43,105 bases of DNA from an uncultured Myxococcales bacterium. Its GTDB lineage: Bacteria; Myxococcota; UBA4151. Shown here piece after piece: positions 7,756 to 15,215 of this stretch. The notes under the pieces are model-generated. The model was not told the origin of the DNA. It made no database searches and saw only the letters and a program-made list of their open reading frames with translations. The stretch is from NCBI GenBank assembly GCA_964013405.1, contig CAXGWI010000015.1, forward strand, positions 1 through 43,105, read 5' to 3'. The position numbers and the translations under genes are program-made. Position 1 is the stretch's first letter; every line of letters begins with the position of its first letter.

Positions 7756-9876
7756 ATGCTTGCGATACGGTCGAACATATCGGCGCTTCACGCCCTTCAC
7801 CGCATGCAGAGGCAGCAGTCTCAGCAGCAGCTTCGAGGCGAGCACTTAGCCACCGGCAAGCGGGCGAACTCCGCGGCCGACGACGCCGTTGCGATCAATT
7901 TGTCGAGCCGGGCTCAGAACCGCTTGGCTGGGCGCCGGAGCGCACGACAAAACGCGCTGGATGCCATCGATCTCGTCTCGGGTATCGACCGATCGACGGG
8001 GGAGTTGGTGGGCATCCTCCACCGGATGCGAGAGTTGGGCCTTCGAGCCCAAAGTGAGGTCTTCGGGCCCCGAGAGCGCTCCTCGCTTAATGACGAGTGG
8101 ACCATGCTTCACGCCGAGATTGATCGCATCGGTGCCACCACTAATTTTAACGGAGTCGTTCCTTTTCAGGGCTCCACCCAACTGACCTTCCAAATGGGTA
8201 TTGGAGGTACAAACAACGATCGCATTGGCTTGAGTCTCGATAGTAATCTCGAGGCGGGCGTTGATGGACTCTCGATCAATCGCACCTTGCTGCTGTCGTC
8301 AGCGGCCACCCTGGCGATGGATAATGTACAACCCTACACATTTATCGCGGGAGAGACCGATACCCTGCGGATCGCAGTCAACGGCGGGGGTTTTCAGGAG
8401 ATCCGCTTCAATGCCGGGGCCAACAGTTCCAATCAGGTGGTCAGCCAGATCAATGCGGTCTTTCCCGATCTCGCGTTCGACATCGCCGGGCGTGTTTTTC
8501 TGCGTGCCGAAGGTTTAGGCTCCAATACGGCGATACGAAACGGCCCCGCACCCACGTCCCCGCTCCTCGATGGAACGAATGCGGGCCAATACGACACCAC
8601 CGGAGGGCGCAATACCTTCCAACTAGGAATCGATGGCGGCGGGCTCCAAAATATCACCCTGCCCGTGGGGGCAGCCATCACTTCTCAGCAGGTGGTCGAC
8701 GCCATCAACGGCGTGTTTCCTGGTCGTGCTCAAATGATCAGCCGGCAGCAGGCCAGCGAGATTCAATCGAACCAGGGGGGGCCGTTCGATATTCGAGCCG
8801 GCGTCAACGATACGTTGAACCTTGAGGTCAATGGCGTCAATCGTACCGTGGTCTTTGACGACACCAGTCCGCTGGATGCGACCAACGCCGGGCCCTACAC
8901 GATCCAGGCCGGTATCAACGATACCTTCCGTTATCAGTACCAGGGGAATATGCGGGTCTTGAGCCTCGCCGCCGGTGTCTATCAGCCGGGCGAGATTCGA
9001 GATCAGATCAACGCCATCGATGCGGGGCTGGCTTCTGTCGCCGGCGGTGCATTGCGTCTGCAACCGGCGGCCGGCACAGCCGTCCAGGTTCGCAACGGCA
9101 ACATGAACAGCCTCCTTGGCTTCGCAAACTTCGTCAGCCAGCGGGGCCAGTACACCGCGGCGAATGTGCGCACTGCGATCAATGATGTGAGCGCTGGGCT
9201 CGCCGTGATCCGGGGGGGGCGGGTGGTCATGCGACCACCGGGCACAGGCCCGAGCGCCCATCTGCGCATCCTTAATGGCAATGGCACAGCCACCCTCGGC
9301 TTCAATGCGGGGGATTCCACTCGGGGGACGGCTAGGGTTCGGATCAGTAGCTCCACCGAGGGGCGACGGGGTGAAGTACGGATCGGCGGGGGCTCGGCTA
9401 ACAACGCCCTCGGCTTCAGCAGCAACAGCCAGGTCAATGGTGTGGACAACAGCAGCGCCTCGGAAGTGCTCGGGGTGGACTACAACGAGCTCGTGCAAGG
9501 GGAGGACGCCCAAGTCCCCGAGGCCATGGGCCAGGTGTCGACGGCCCTGGGGCGGGTGATGGACTTTCGCGCTCGACTGGGGGCGGTTCAGCGCCGTCTT
9601 GAGCAGGCGATCGGCGCGATCATGCGTGCGGTCAGCGATGATCAAATGCATGACTCCCAGGTCATGGATGCCGACTTCGCTGTGGAAACCGCTCGCCTCA
9701 CCAAGAGTCGAATCCTTGCCAACAGTTCTACCGCCGTCCTGGGCCATTCAAGCGTCTATGGGCGCAACGCTGTCGCCCTTTTACGGGGAGGAAGCATAAG
9801 TCGCGGTGGACACCGCAACCTGTCCTCTGCATTTAGTGCGGCAGGAGCGATTCGCGGATGGTCGGCCGGCATTTAG
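7756..9876 (+). CDS. fliC: Flagellin (divergent, large) with four nested repeat modules in the variable region
   Basis: N-terminal IRSNISAL...LATGKRANSAADDA...LHRMREL...EIDRIGATTNFNG and C-terminal RARLGAVQRRLE...DADFAVETARLTKSRIL. ATG 7756 is preferred because of the RBS and the canonical flagellin N-terminus. Confidence 0.9.
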   Translation: MLAIRSNISALHALHRMQRQQSQQQLRGEHLATGKRANSAADDAVAINLSSRAQNRLAGRRSARQNALDAIDLVSGIDRSTGELVGILHRMRELGLRAQSEVFGPRERSSLNDEWTMLHAEIDRIGATTNFNGVVPFQGSTQLTFQMGIGGTNNDRIGLSLDSNLEAGVDGLSINRTLLLSSAATLAMDNVQPYTFIAGETDTLRIAVNGGGFQEIRFNAGANSSNQVVSQINAVFPDLAFDIAGRVFLRAEGLGSNTAIRNGPAPTSPLLDGTNAGQYDTTGGRNTFQLGIDGGGLQNITLPVGAAITSQQVVDAINGVFPGRAQMISRQQASEIQSNQGGPFDIRAGVNDTLNLEVNGVNRTVVFDDTSPLDATNAGPYTIQAGINDTFRYQYQGNMRVLSLAAGVYQPGEIRDQINAIDAGLASVAGGALRLQPAAGTAVQVRNGNMNSLLGFANFVSQRGQYTAANVRTAINDVSAGLAVIRGGRVVMRPPGTGPSAHLRILNGNGTATLGFNAGDSTRGTARVRISSSTEGRRGEVRIGGGSANNALGFSSNSQVNGVDNSSASEVLGVDYNELVQGEDAQVPEAMGQVSTALGRVMDFRARLGAVQRRLEQAIGAIMRAVSDDQMHDSQVMDADFAVETARLTKSRILANSSTAVLGHSSVYGRNAVALLRGGSISRGGHRNLSSAFSAAGAIRGWSAGI

Positions 9877-10457
9877 ATGAGACGGAGGTCGCCCTCGTTC
9901 ATGAGGTGATCCGGCAACGCCGGTCCATCAAACCCAGTGCGCTTTCAGACCGACCTGTGGCCCGGGAAGCGATCGAAGCCCTGCTCGATGCCGGCAACTG
10001 GGCCCCTAGCCACTACCTGACCGAACCTTGGCGCTTCGTGGTCGTTGAGGGGCAAGCACGGCATGAACTGGCCGATGTTTTTCTCGAAGCGGTCTTGGCT
10101 GCGGAGCCTAAGGCCGACGAGTACAAGCGCAAAAAGGTCCATGGGAAACCCTTGCGATCACCGACTTTGATCGTCGTGATTCGCCAGGGTGGGGAGCACC
10201 CGAAGGCCAAGGATCATGAAGATGAGTGGGCGGTGGCTTGTGCTGTCCAAAACATGGCCCTTGCGGCGGCCGCAAGAGGGCTCGGCCTCTTTTGGTCGAC
10301 GGGCACACCGATGGCTCACCCGCTGGTCGCTGAGCACTTCGGCTGTGATGACCGGTCCCGGGTGATGGGCTTTCTGTACGTGGGCTGGCCGGCCGCAGAT
10401 GCCTGGCCGGAGGGGCGTCGCGGCGACGTAAGTGACAAGACTGAATGGCGAGTCTGA
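9858..10457 (+). CDS. Nitroreductase family protein (YdjA-like)
   Basis: RRSIK, WAPSHYLTEPWRF, CAVQNMALAAAARGLGLFWSTG, GFLYVG. Confidence 0.9.
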   Translation: MVGRHLDETEVALVHEVIRQRRSIKPSALSDRPVAREAIEALLDAGNWAPSHYLTEPWRFVVVEGQARHELADVFLEAVLAAEPKADEYKRKKVHGKPLRSPTLIVVIRQGGEHPKAKDHEDEWAVACAVQNMALAAAARGLGLFWSTGTPMAHPLVAEHFGCDDRSRVMGFLYVGWPAADAWPEGRRGDVSDKTEWRV

Positions 10458-10504
10458 ACAAAACCGGTCTCTGGGCCGTTGAGAGGCGTGGAGGCTCGCG
10501 CACG

Positions 10505-11299
10505 ATGACTCGACTTGTATTATTTGCGGCCCTTGGGCTTGGCCTGGTCGCTTGCCCGAAGCCCCCGGTCTATCCGGCCTGTAAGACGGATAAGGACTGC
10601 TCCGAAAAGAGTGAGCGCTGCGTCTTTGGAAAGTGTGAGCAATGCATCGATGATAAGGATTGCTCGGCGGACCAACGCTGTGAGCGGAACGTCTGTGTGG
10701 ATCAGCCTGAATGCGAAGCGGACACCGATTGCGCCGAGGGGCAGGCTTGCCGTGAAGGCCGGTGTGTGACGCCCGAGCCGACGGGGGCCCGGTCTTGTCA
10801 GGTGGATCAAGAATGTGAAGAGGGACAGCGTTGTGTGGATGGCCTTTGCGCCGCCGTGCGTTCCTGCTCAGCGGATAGCGACTGTCAGGAGAACGAAGGC
10901 TGTCAAAACGGCAGCTGTCTGCCGCTCGTGGCCGAAAAGCCCGGACAAGGCGCTTGTGCCGATGAGGCCGGAGACCTCTGGGCTGCTGTCCATTTCGATT
11001 TCAACGGGGACAAGCTGGCCGATGACGCCCGAGAGCGCCTCGATCGATTAGCTCGTTGTCTGCGTGAGATCGACAAGGCGGAAATCCGAATCTTGGGGCA
11101 TGCTGACGAACGGGGAACAGAGGAATACAATCTCCATCTCGGTGAGCGTCGGGCCCGAGCGGTGAAACGCTATCTCGTCAACCTGGGGGTGCCAGAGAAC
11201 AAACTGCCGGTGGTGAGTTACGGTGAGAACCGACCGGTCTCCGAGGGCCAGGATGAGTCCAGTTGGGCGAAGAACCGGCGAGCGGAGTTCGAACGGTAA
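10505..11299 (+). CDS. OmpA/Pal-family lipoprotein with N-terminal Cys-rich repeats
   Basis: Lipobox LVAC, five C-x2-D-x2-C repeats, OmpA-like domain VHFDF...GHADERGTEEYNLHLGERRA...VSYGENRP...KNRRAEF. Confidence 0.9.
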   Translation: MTRLVLFAALGLGLVACPKPPVYPACKTDKDCSEKSERCVFGKCEQCIDDKDCSADQRCERNVCVDQPECEADTDCAEGQACREGRCVTPEPTGARSCQVDQECEEGQRCVDGLCAAVRSCSADSDCQENEGCQNGSCLPLVAEKPGQGACADEAGDLWAAVHFDFNGDKLADDARERLDRLARCLREIDKAEIRILGHADERGTEEYNLHLGERRARAVKRYLVNLGVPENKLPVVSYGENRPVSEGQDESSWAKNRRAEFER

Positions 11300-11303
11300 A
11301 GCC

Positions 11304-12197
11304 ATGCGTACGGTTCTTTTAATCAGCCTAGCCCTTGGTGGCTGCTGGGTTCCGATGACCCAGGGCAAGGTCATGGAAGGGGATATTCGGACCCTCCGGG
11401 ATCGGGTGATGGAGTTGGAAGACCGGGCCGAGGACAGCGAGAGCCGTTTACGGGGGCAGTTAGCCAAAGCCGACGAGCAAAGTCAGCGTTTGGCAAAAAC
11501 CCTCGACCAGGTCGAAGTCCTGGCCCGTCGAGCCAAGGCTGGGTTTGGTGAGGACCTCGCATCGATTCGTCGGGAGTTAGCCACGGTCGTTGGCCGTCTA
11601 GAACAACTGGAACAGGGAAGCCGACAGACCGACGGAACTGAGGTGGATCAGGCGCTCAAGACCCAAACGGAGGCGCTGGCGCTCATCGTGGAGCGAGTTG
11701 CAGCTCTTGAGGCGAAACTCAGCAAGCCAGTGGTCGTGGCCAAGAAGAAGAGCCCCGGCGAAGCGGCTCGTCAACCTTCGCCGGAGCGGGAAAAAAAGGA
11801 AGCCCAACAGGACAGTCGCACACTTTTCAAACGAGGGCGCTCCCTGCTGTCGAGCGGGCGCCATGAGGAAGGGCGCCGGGCCCTCAAGTCCTGGCTGAAT
11901 CGCTTCGGCAGCAGCCGGGATAAGGGCCGCCGTGCCGCGGTAGATGATGTCTACGTGTATCTGGGTGAAAGCTATCTGAAACAGGGCAGGCCCAAGGAGG
12001 CTGTCCCTCAGTTTCAACGAGTTTACGAAACGATGAAGCAGGCCGACATGTGGTCCCGCGCAGTCTTTCGCTTGGCTGAGTGTTTCGAGCAGATGCAGGA
12101 CAAAGCCGTCGCAAAAGCCTTCTACAAGATCGCGGTGAAAAACGGCAAAGGTCGCTACAAGAAAGATGCCGAGCGCCGACTCAAGCGCTTGCAGTAA
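11304..12197 (+). CDS. CpoB/YbgF-like coiled-coil + TPR lipoprotein
   Basis: Lipobox LGGC, long coiled coil, C-terminal TPRs (YVYLGESYLKQG; AVFRLAECFEQM). Lies immediately after the Pal-like gene. Confidence 0.8.
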   Translation: MRTVLLISLALGGCWVPMTQGKVMEGDIRTLRDRVMELEDRAEDSESRLRGQLAKADEQSQRLAKTLDQVEVLARRAKAGFGEDLASIRRELATVVGRLEQLEQGSRQTDGTEVDQALKTQTEALALIVERVAALEAKLSKPVVVAKKKSPGEAARQPSPEREKKEAQQDSRTLFKRGRSLLSSGRHEEGRRALKSWLNRFGSSRDKGRRAAVDDVYVYLGESYLKQGRPKEAVPQFQRVYETMKQADMWSRAVFRLAECFEQMQDKAVAKAFYKIAVKNGKGRYKKDAERRLKRLQ

Positions 12198-12199
12198 CG

Positions 12200-12670
12200 A
12201 TGGCCCCGCGCTGGCTCCCTCTCCTCTTCCTTTTGGTCAGCGGTTGCCCCTCCGAAGAGCGCCCCTCTGACACCTTGGCCCAAAGGGCCGACGAGATTCT
12301 CGAAGCCACTGGAGATTGGCTGGGGATCGAAGACCGAAAGTCGGCGGACTTCAGCGCCCTATTGACCTTGAAAACCGAGGTCGTGGAGGGTCGAGCACGG
12401 GCCCGTGGTCTCCTGCTCTTGCCCCCAGGCTCGTCGCCAAGGGTGGTGGAAGAGCAGTTAGACAGAGTCCTCACCAAGCCGGATCTCGTGCGGTTGACAA
12501 ACGTCCTCTTGGTGGTGGCCCGAGCGACGACCGCCGATGGTCAAGAGGGACCGATCCTGGGGGCCGGCTTCTATGCAAGTGACGGCCTGGGCTGGACTGG
12601 CAAGGCCTCTGGTCACCGCCGTGTCGCCATTGGAGCCGATGCTCTTGAGGTGCTCGGGATCGGTCGTTAG
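12200..12670 (+). CDS. Hypothetical lipoprotein
   Basis: MAPRWLPLLFLLVSGC signal/lipobox. Starts 2 nt after the previous stop. Confidence 0.7.
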   Translation: MAPRWLPLLFLLVSGCPSEERPSDTLAQRADEILEATGDWLGIEDRKSADFSALLTLKTEVVEGRARARGLLLLPPGSSPRVVEEQLDRVLTKPDLVRLTNVLLVVARATTADGQEGPILGAGFYASDGLGWTGKASGHRRVAIGADALEVLGIGR

Positions 12671-12731
12671 ACCGAGAGCGCTGGTCCGCGTCCTCATCGC
12701 AAGCTAAGGTAACGACGCCATTGGAGCGACT

Positions 12732-15212
12732 ATGCGGAATTTTATCGTCTCTTTCTTGCTCTTCGCAGGTCTGACCGCTTGTAACCCCAGCGTCGGTGCG
12801 CCCTGCGTGGCCGACACAGATTGTGCCTCGGACCAACTGTGCCAGGATGGCGCCTGTGCGGAGCGGAGTAGCGCTGCCGATGCGGGTCCCGTCCGGGGGG
12901 ACGAATGTATGCGGGACTTTGATTGTCCCGCAGGTCAACAATGCGCCAACGGTTTCTGTGACGGCGGCGAGACAGCGGATGCTGGCACCGGCGGCGACGA
13001 CCGTTGTGCGAACGATGAGGACTGCGGTCGGATGCGCGGTTGTTACGAGGGGACGTGCCACAGCCGATGCTTCAACGATTCCGTCTGCGAGCGGCAGGAG
13101 CCCGGAACGATCTGCATGGATGATCCAAACAACCGGCTGGGACTGTGTCTGCCGCCCGAATGTTCGGGGGCTGATGAATGCCCGGTGAACCACGATTGCA
13201 ATGATGGGCGCTGCGAGGAGTACACGCCTTGCGAGCGGGATGACCAGTGTGGCGCCGCGGGCTTCTGCAATGACAACGGCCGCTGTGAAGACCGGGAGGA
13301 CTGCCTCCGAGATGCGGACTGTGAGGACGGCCAAACCTGCAATGAGGGGTTCTGTTATAGCGTACCCAGTTGCGCGGAGGGCGAGACCTGCCCGGATGGC
13401 ACCGAATGCGTCGGTGGCAACTGTGTAGAAGCGATTTGTCGCTCCAACGACCAGTGTGCGGAAGGCGAGGTCTGTACCGCAGGGGTCTGCGCTCGGCCCG
13501 AAGCCATCGCACCGGACAAAGTGCTCGTCGTGACCCCCTACGGCGCCTGTGACTCGGGCAATGCAGGGGCTTGCCGCCTCCCCATGCGAGTCGGTGAGCA
13601 GGTTCAACTCCGGGCCATGGCCCTGGACGTCAATGGCGTCGGAATTCCCGGCTTGGACTTCAGTTGGTCGTCCCAAGGGGCCGCGAACATTTCGAACTCG
13701 GGACTCCTCACGGCTGCCGCGGCCGGCACCAGTCTCGTGACGGTCACCGCCTTGGAGGTGGAGAGTCGCCCTGTCACAGCCACGGTGGTGGCGGCCCAAC
13801 CCGGCCGTCTCCGGGTCGTCGATGATCGAGGGCGCGCGGTCGCAGGCGCTCGAGTCGCCGTGAGCGGCGAGTGGCTGGAAGCCAGCACCGACGAAAGCGG
13901 CAGCCTGCAACTGGACTTAGAGGATGGCGAGTTTAGCGTTTCTGTCTTCGCCGAGAATCACGACCAGATCGCTGTCTTTGGTCTCGCGCATTCGGCAGCG
14001 GCACCCTTTGACGGGCTCATCGCCATCCCCCAATCCATGGTCAGCCGTTCGGCCGGCTACACCGCCACCGTCGACTTCGGTGGTGTCCGCACCCAGGGGA
14101 GCGGCGATCTGGGTATTTCTGGAGCCAGTCTGCCCGATTTACTCTCCTTCGACCTGCCCGGGCTTGTGGGTGACACTTTTGACACCCCGGTCTCGATTCC
14201 TGGCTTGGGTAATCAAACGGTGCCGATTCCCGGCGGGATTACCTTCCGAGCCAGCCAGCCGATCCAGCTTGAGATCAAGAACACCGTCTATGCCCGTGGC
14301 TTCCCCGGTGTTCGGACCGCTTGGAGTTTCGCTGGCCGCGTGGATGCTTTAGGGCTCTTTGGTCAAATTCAGGGGTCCCAAGATATCGGCCGTGTCGTGG
14401 CGGCGATCTTACCCCAGGTGGAGAGTTTCGATCACGGCTTGATCGCCGGGCTCAATCTCAGCGGCATGGAGGATATTGTCGATGTGGACGACATCGATGG
14501 CGATGGTAACACCACCGAGGTGGTGGCCAACTGGCGCCGCTTCCCCAGTCGCAGCTTGCGTCCAAGTGTGCGTCAGAATGGTCGAACCTTGGTCCTCATT
14601 CCAGGCGCGGCAGGGGCAGAGTTCCAAGTGGTGGTCGGCGGTGTGTTGAACCCGGGGACAGGCTTTGTTCCTCTGGGGCTAACCTCTCGCAACGGTGAGG
14701 GGGCCCAGAGCCTACCTTTCGCGATCGCTCCGGCCTACGGCGGCCTGGAGGGGGCACCGTATGCCTTTGCCACCATGGCGCTGCGGGATCAGGGGCTCAC
14801 GACTCAAGCTCGTGTCTTGACCAACAGCAACCTCGCCGTTGAGCAGCGCTTCCCGGCCCACCTGCCGGTGCCGCAGACGGTCGAGCGTAGCCAGTTGAAC
14901 AATACCGTGACCATGAGCCCGGTCGCCGGGGCCCACCTGTTACGCTTCGTGGGTGTTGGGCCTGCGGGTCGAGTCGTTGTCTTCGCCCCATCGGCCGAAG
15001 CAGCCGCAACCTTTGCCCCACCGATTCCGGCCGGGGAAGCTGCGGGCGCTCGCCTGACGTCGGTGACTTTCGACGGTATTAGCTTATCAGCAGCGGCAGC
15101 GCCGGATCAGGTTGGCCTGATGAATCGACTGCTTGGCGGGGGCGCCGTCGTGCTGCGGAATGTGTCCCAGAACGCGACCGGCTTTGTACGTAAGGTGATC
15201 AGTCCCGAATAG
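12732..15212 (+). CDS. Large Cys-rich repeat lipoprotein with Ig-like/beta-rich C-terminal region
   Basis: Lipobox LTAC, about nine Cys-rich repeats, Ig-like segment (FSWSSQGAANISNSGLLTA), DIDGDG Ca-binding-like motif. Confidence 0.85.
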   Translation: MRNFIVSFLLFAGLTACNPSVGAPCVADTDCASDQLCQDGACAERSSAADAGPVRGDECMRDFDCPAGQQCANGFCDGGETADAGTGGDDRCANDEDCGRMRGCYEGTCHSRCFNDSVCERQEPGTICMDDPNNRLGLCLPPECSGADECPVNHDCNDGRCEEYTPCERDDQCGAAGFCNDNGRCEDREDCLRDADCEDGQTCNEGFCYSVPSCAEGETCPDGTECVGGNCVEAICRSNDQCAEGEVCTAGVCARPEAIAPDKVLVVTPYGACDSGNAGACRLPMRVGEQVQLRAMALDVNGVGIPGLDFSWSSQGAANISNSGLLTAAAAGTSLVTVTALEVESRPVTATVVAAQPGRLRVVDDRGRAVAGARVAVSGEWLEASTDESGSLQLDLEDGEFSVSVFAENHDQIAVFGLAHSAAAPFDGLIAIPQSMVSRSAGYTATVDFGGVRTQGSGDLGISGASLPDLLSFDLPGLVGDTFDTPVSIPGLGNQTVPIPGGITFRASQPIQLEIKNTVYARGFPGVRTAWSFAGRVDALGLFGQIQGSQDIGRVVAAILPQVESFDHGLIAGLNLSGMEDIVDVDDIDGDGNTTEVVANWRRFPSRSLRPSVRQNGRTLVLIPGAAGAEFQVVVGGVLNPGTGFVPLGLTSRNGEGAQSLPFAIAPAYGGLEGAPYAFATMALRDQGLTTQARVLTNSNLAVEQRFPAHLPVPQTVERSQLNNTVTMSPVAGAHLLRFVGVGPAGRVVVFAPSAEAAATFAPPIPAGEAAGARLTSVTFDGISLSAAAAPDQVGLMNRLLGGGAVVLRNVSQNATGFVRKVISPE

Positions 15213-15215
15213 GGT

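Noticed and set aside
8200..9510. Flagellinolysin-type (metallopeptidase) flagellin
   Set aside because: There is no HExxH motif, and the variable region is accounted for by the nested repeat modules.
10505..15212. TraA/TraB outer-membrane exchange pair
   Set aside because: No PA14-like domain, MYXO-CTERM tail or beta-barrel is evident. The OmpA protein is Pal-like and is followed by a CpoB-like gene.
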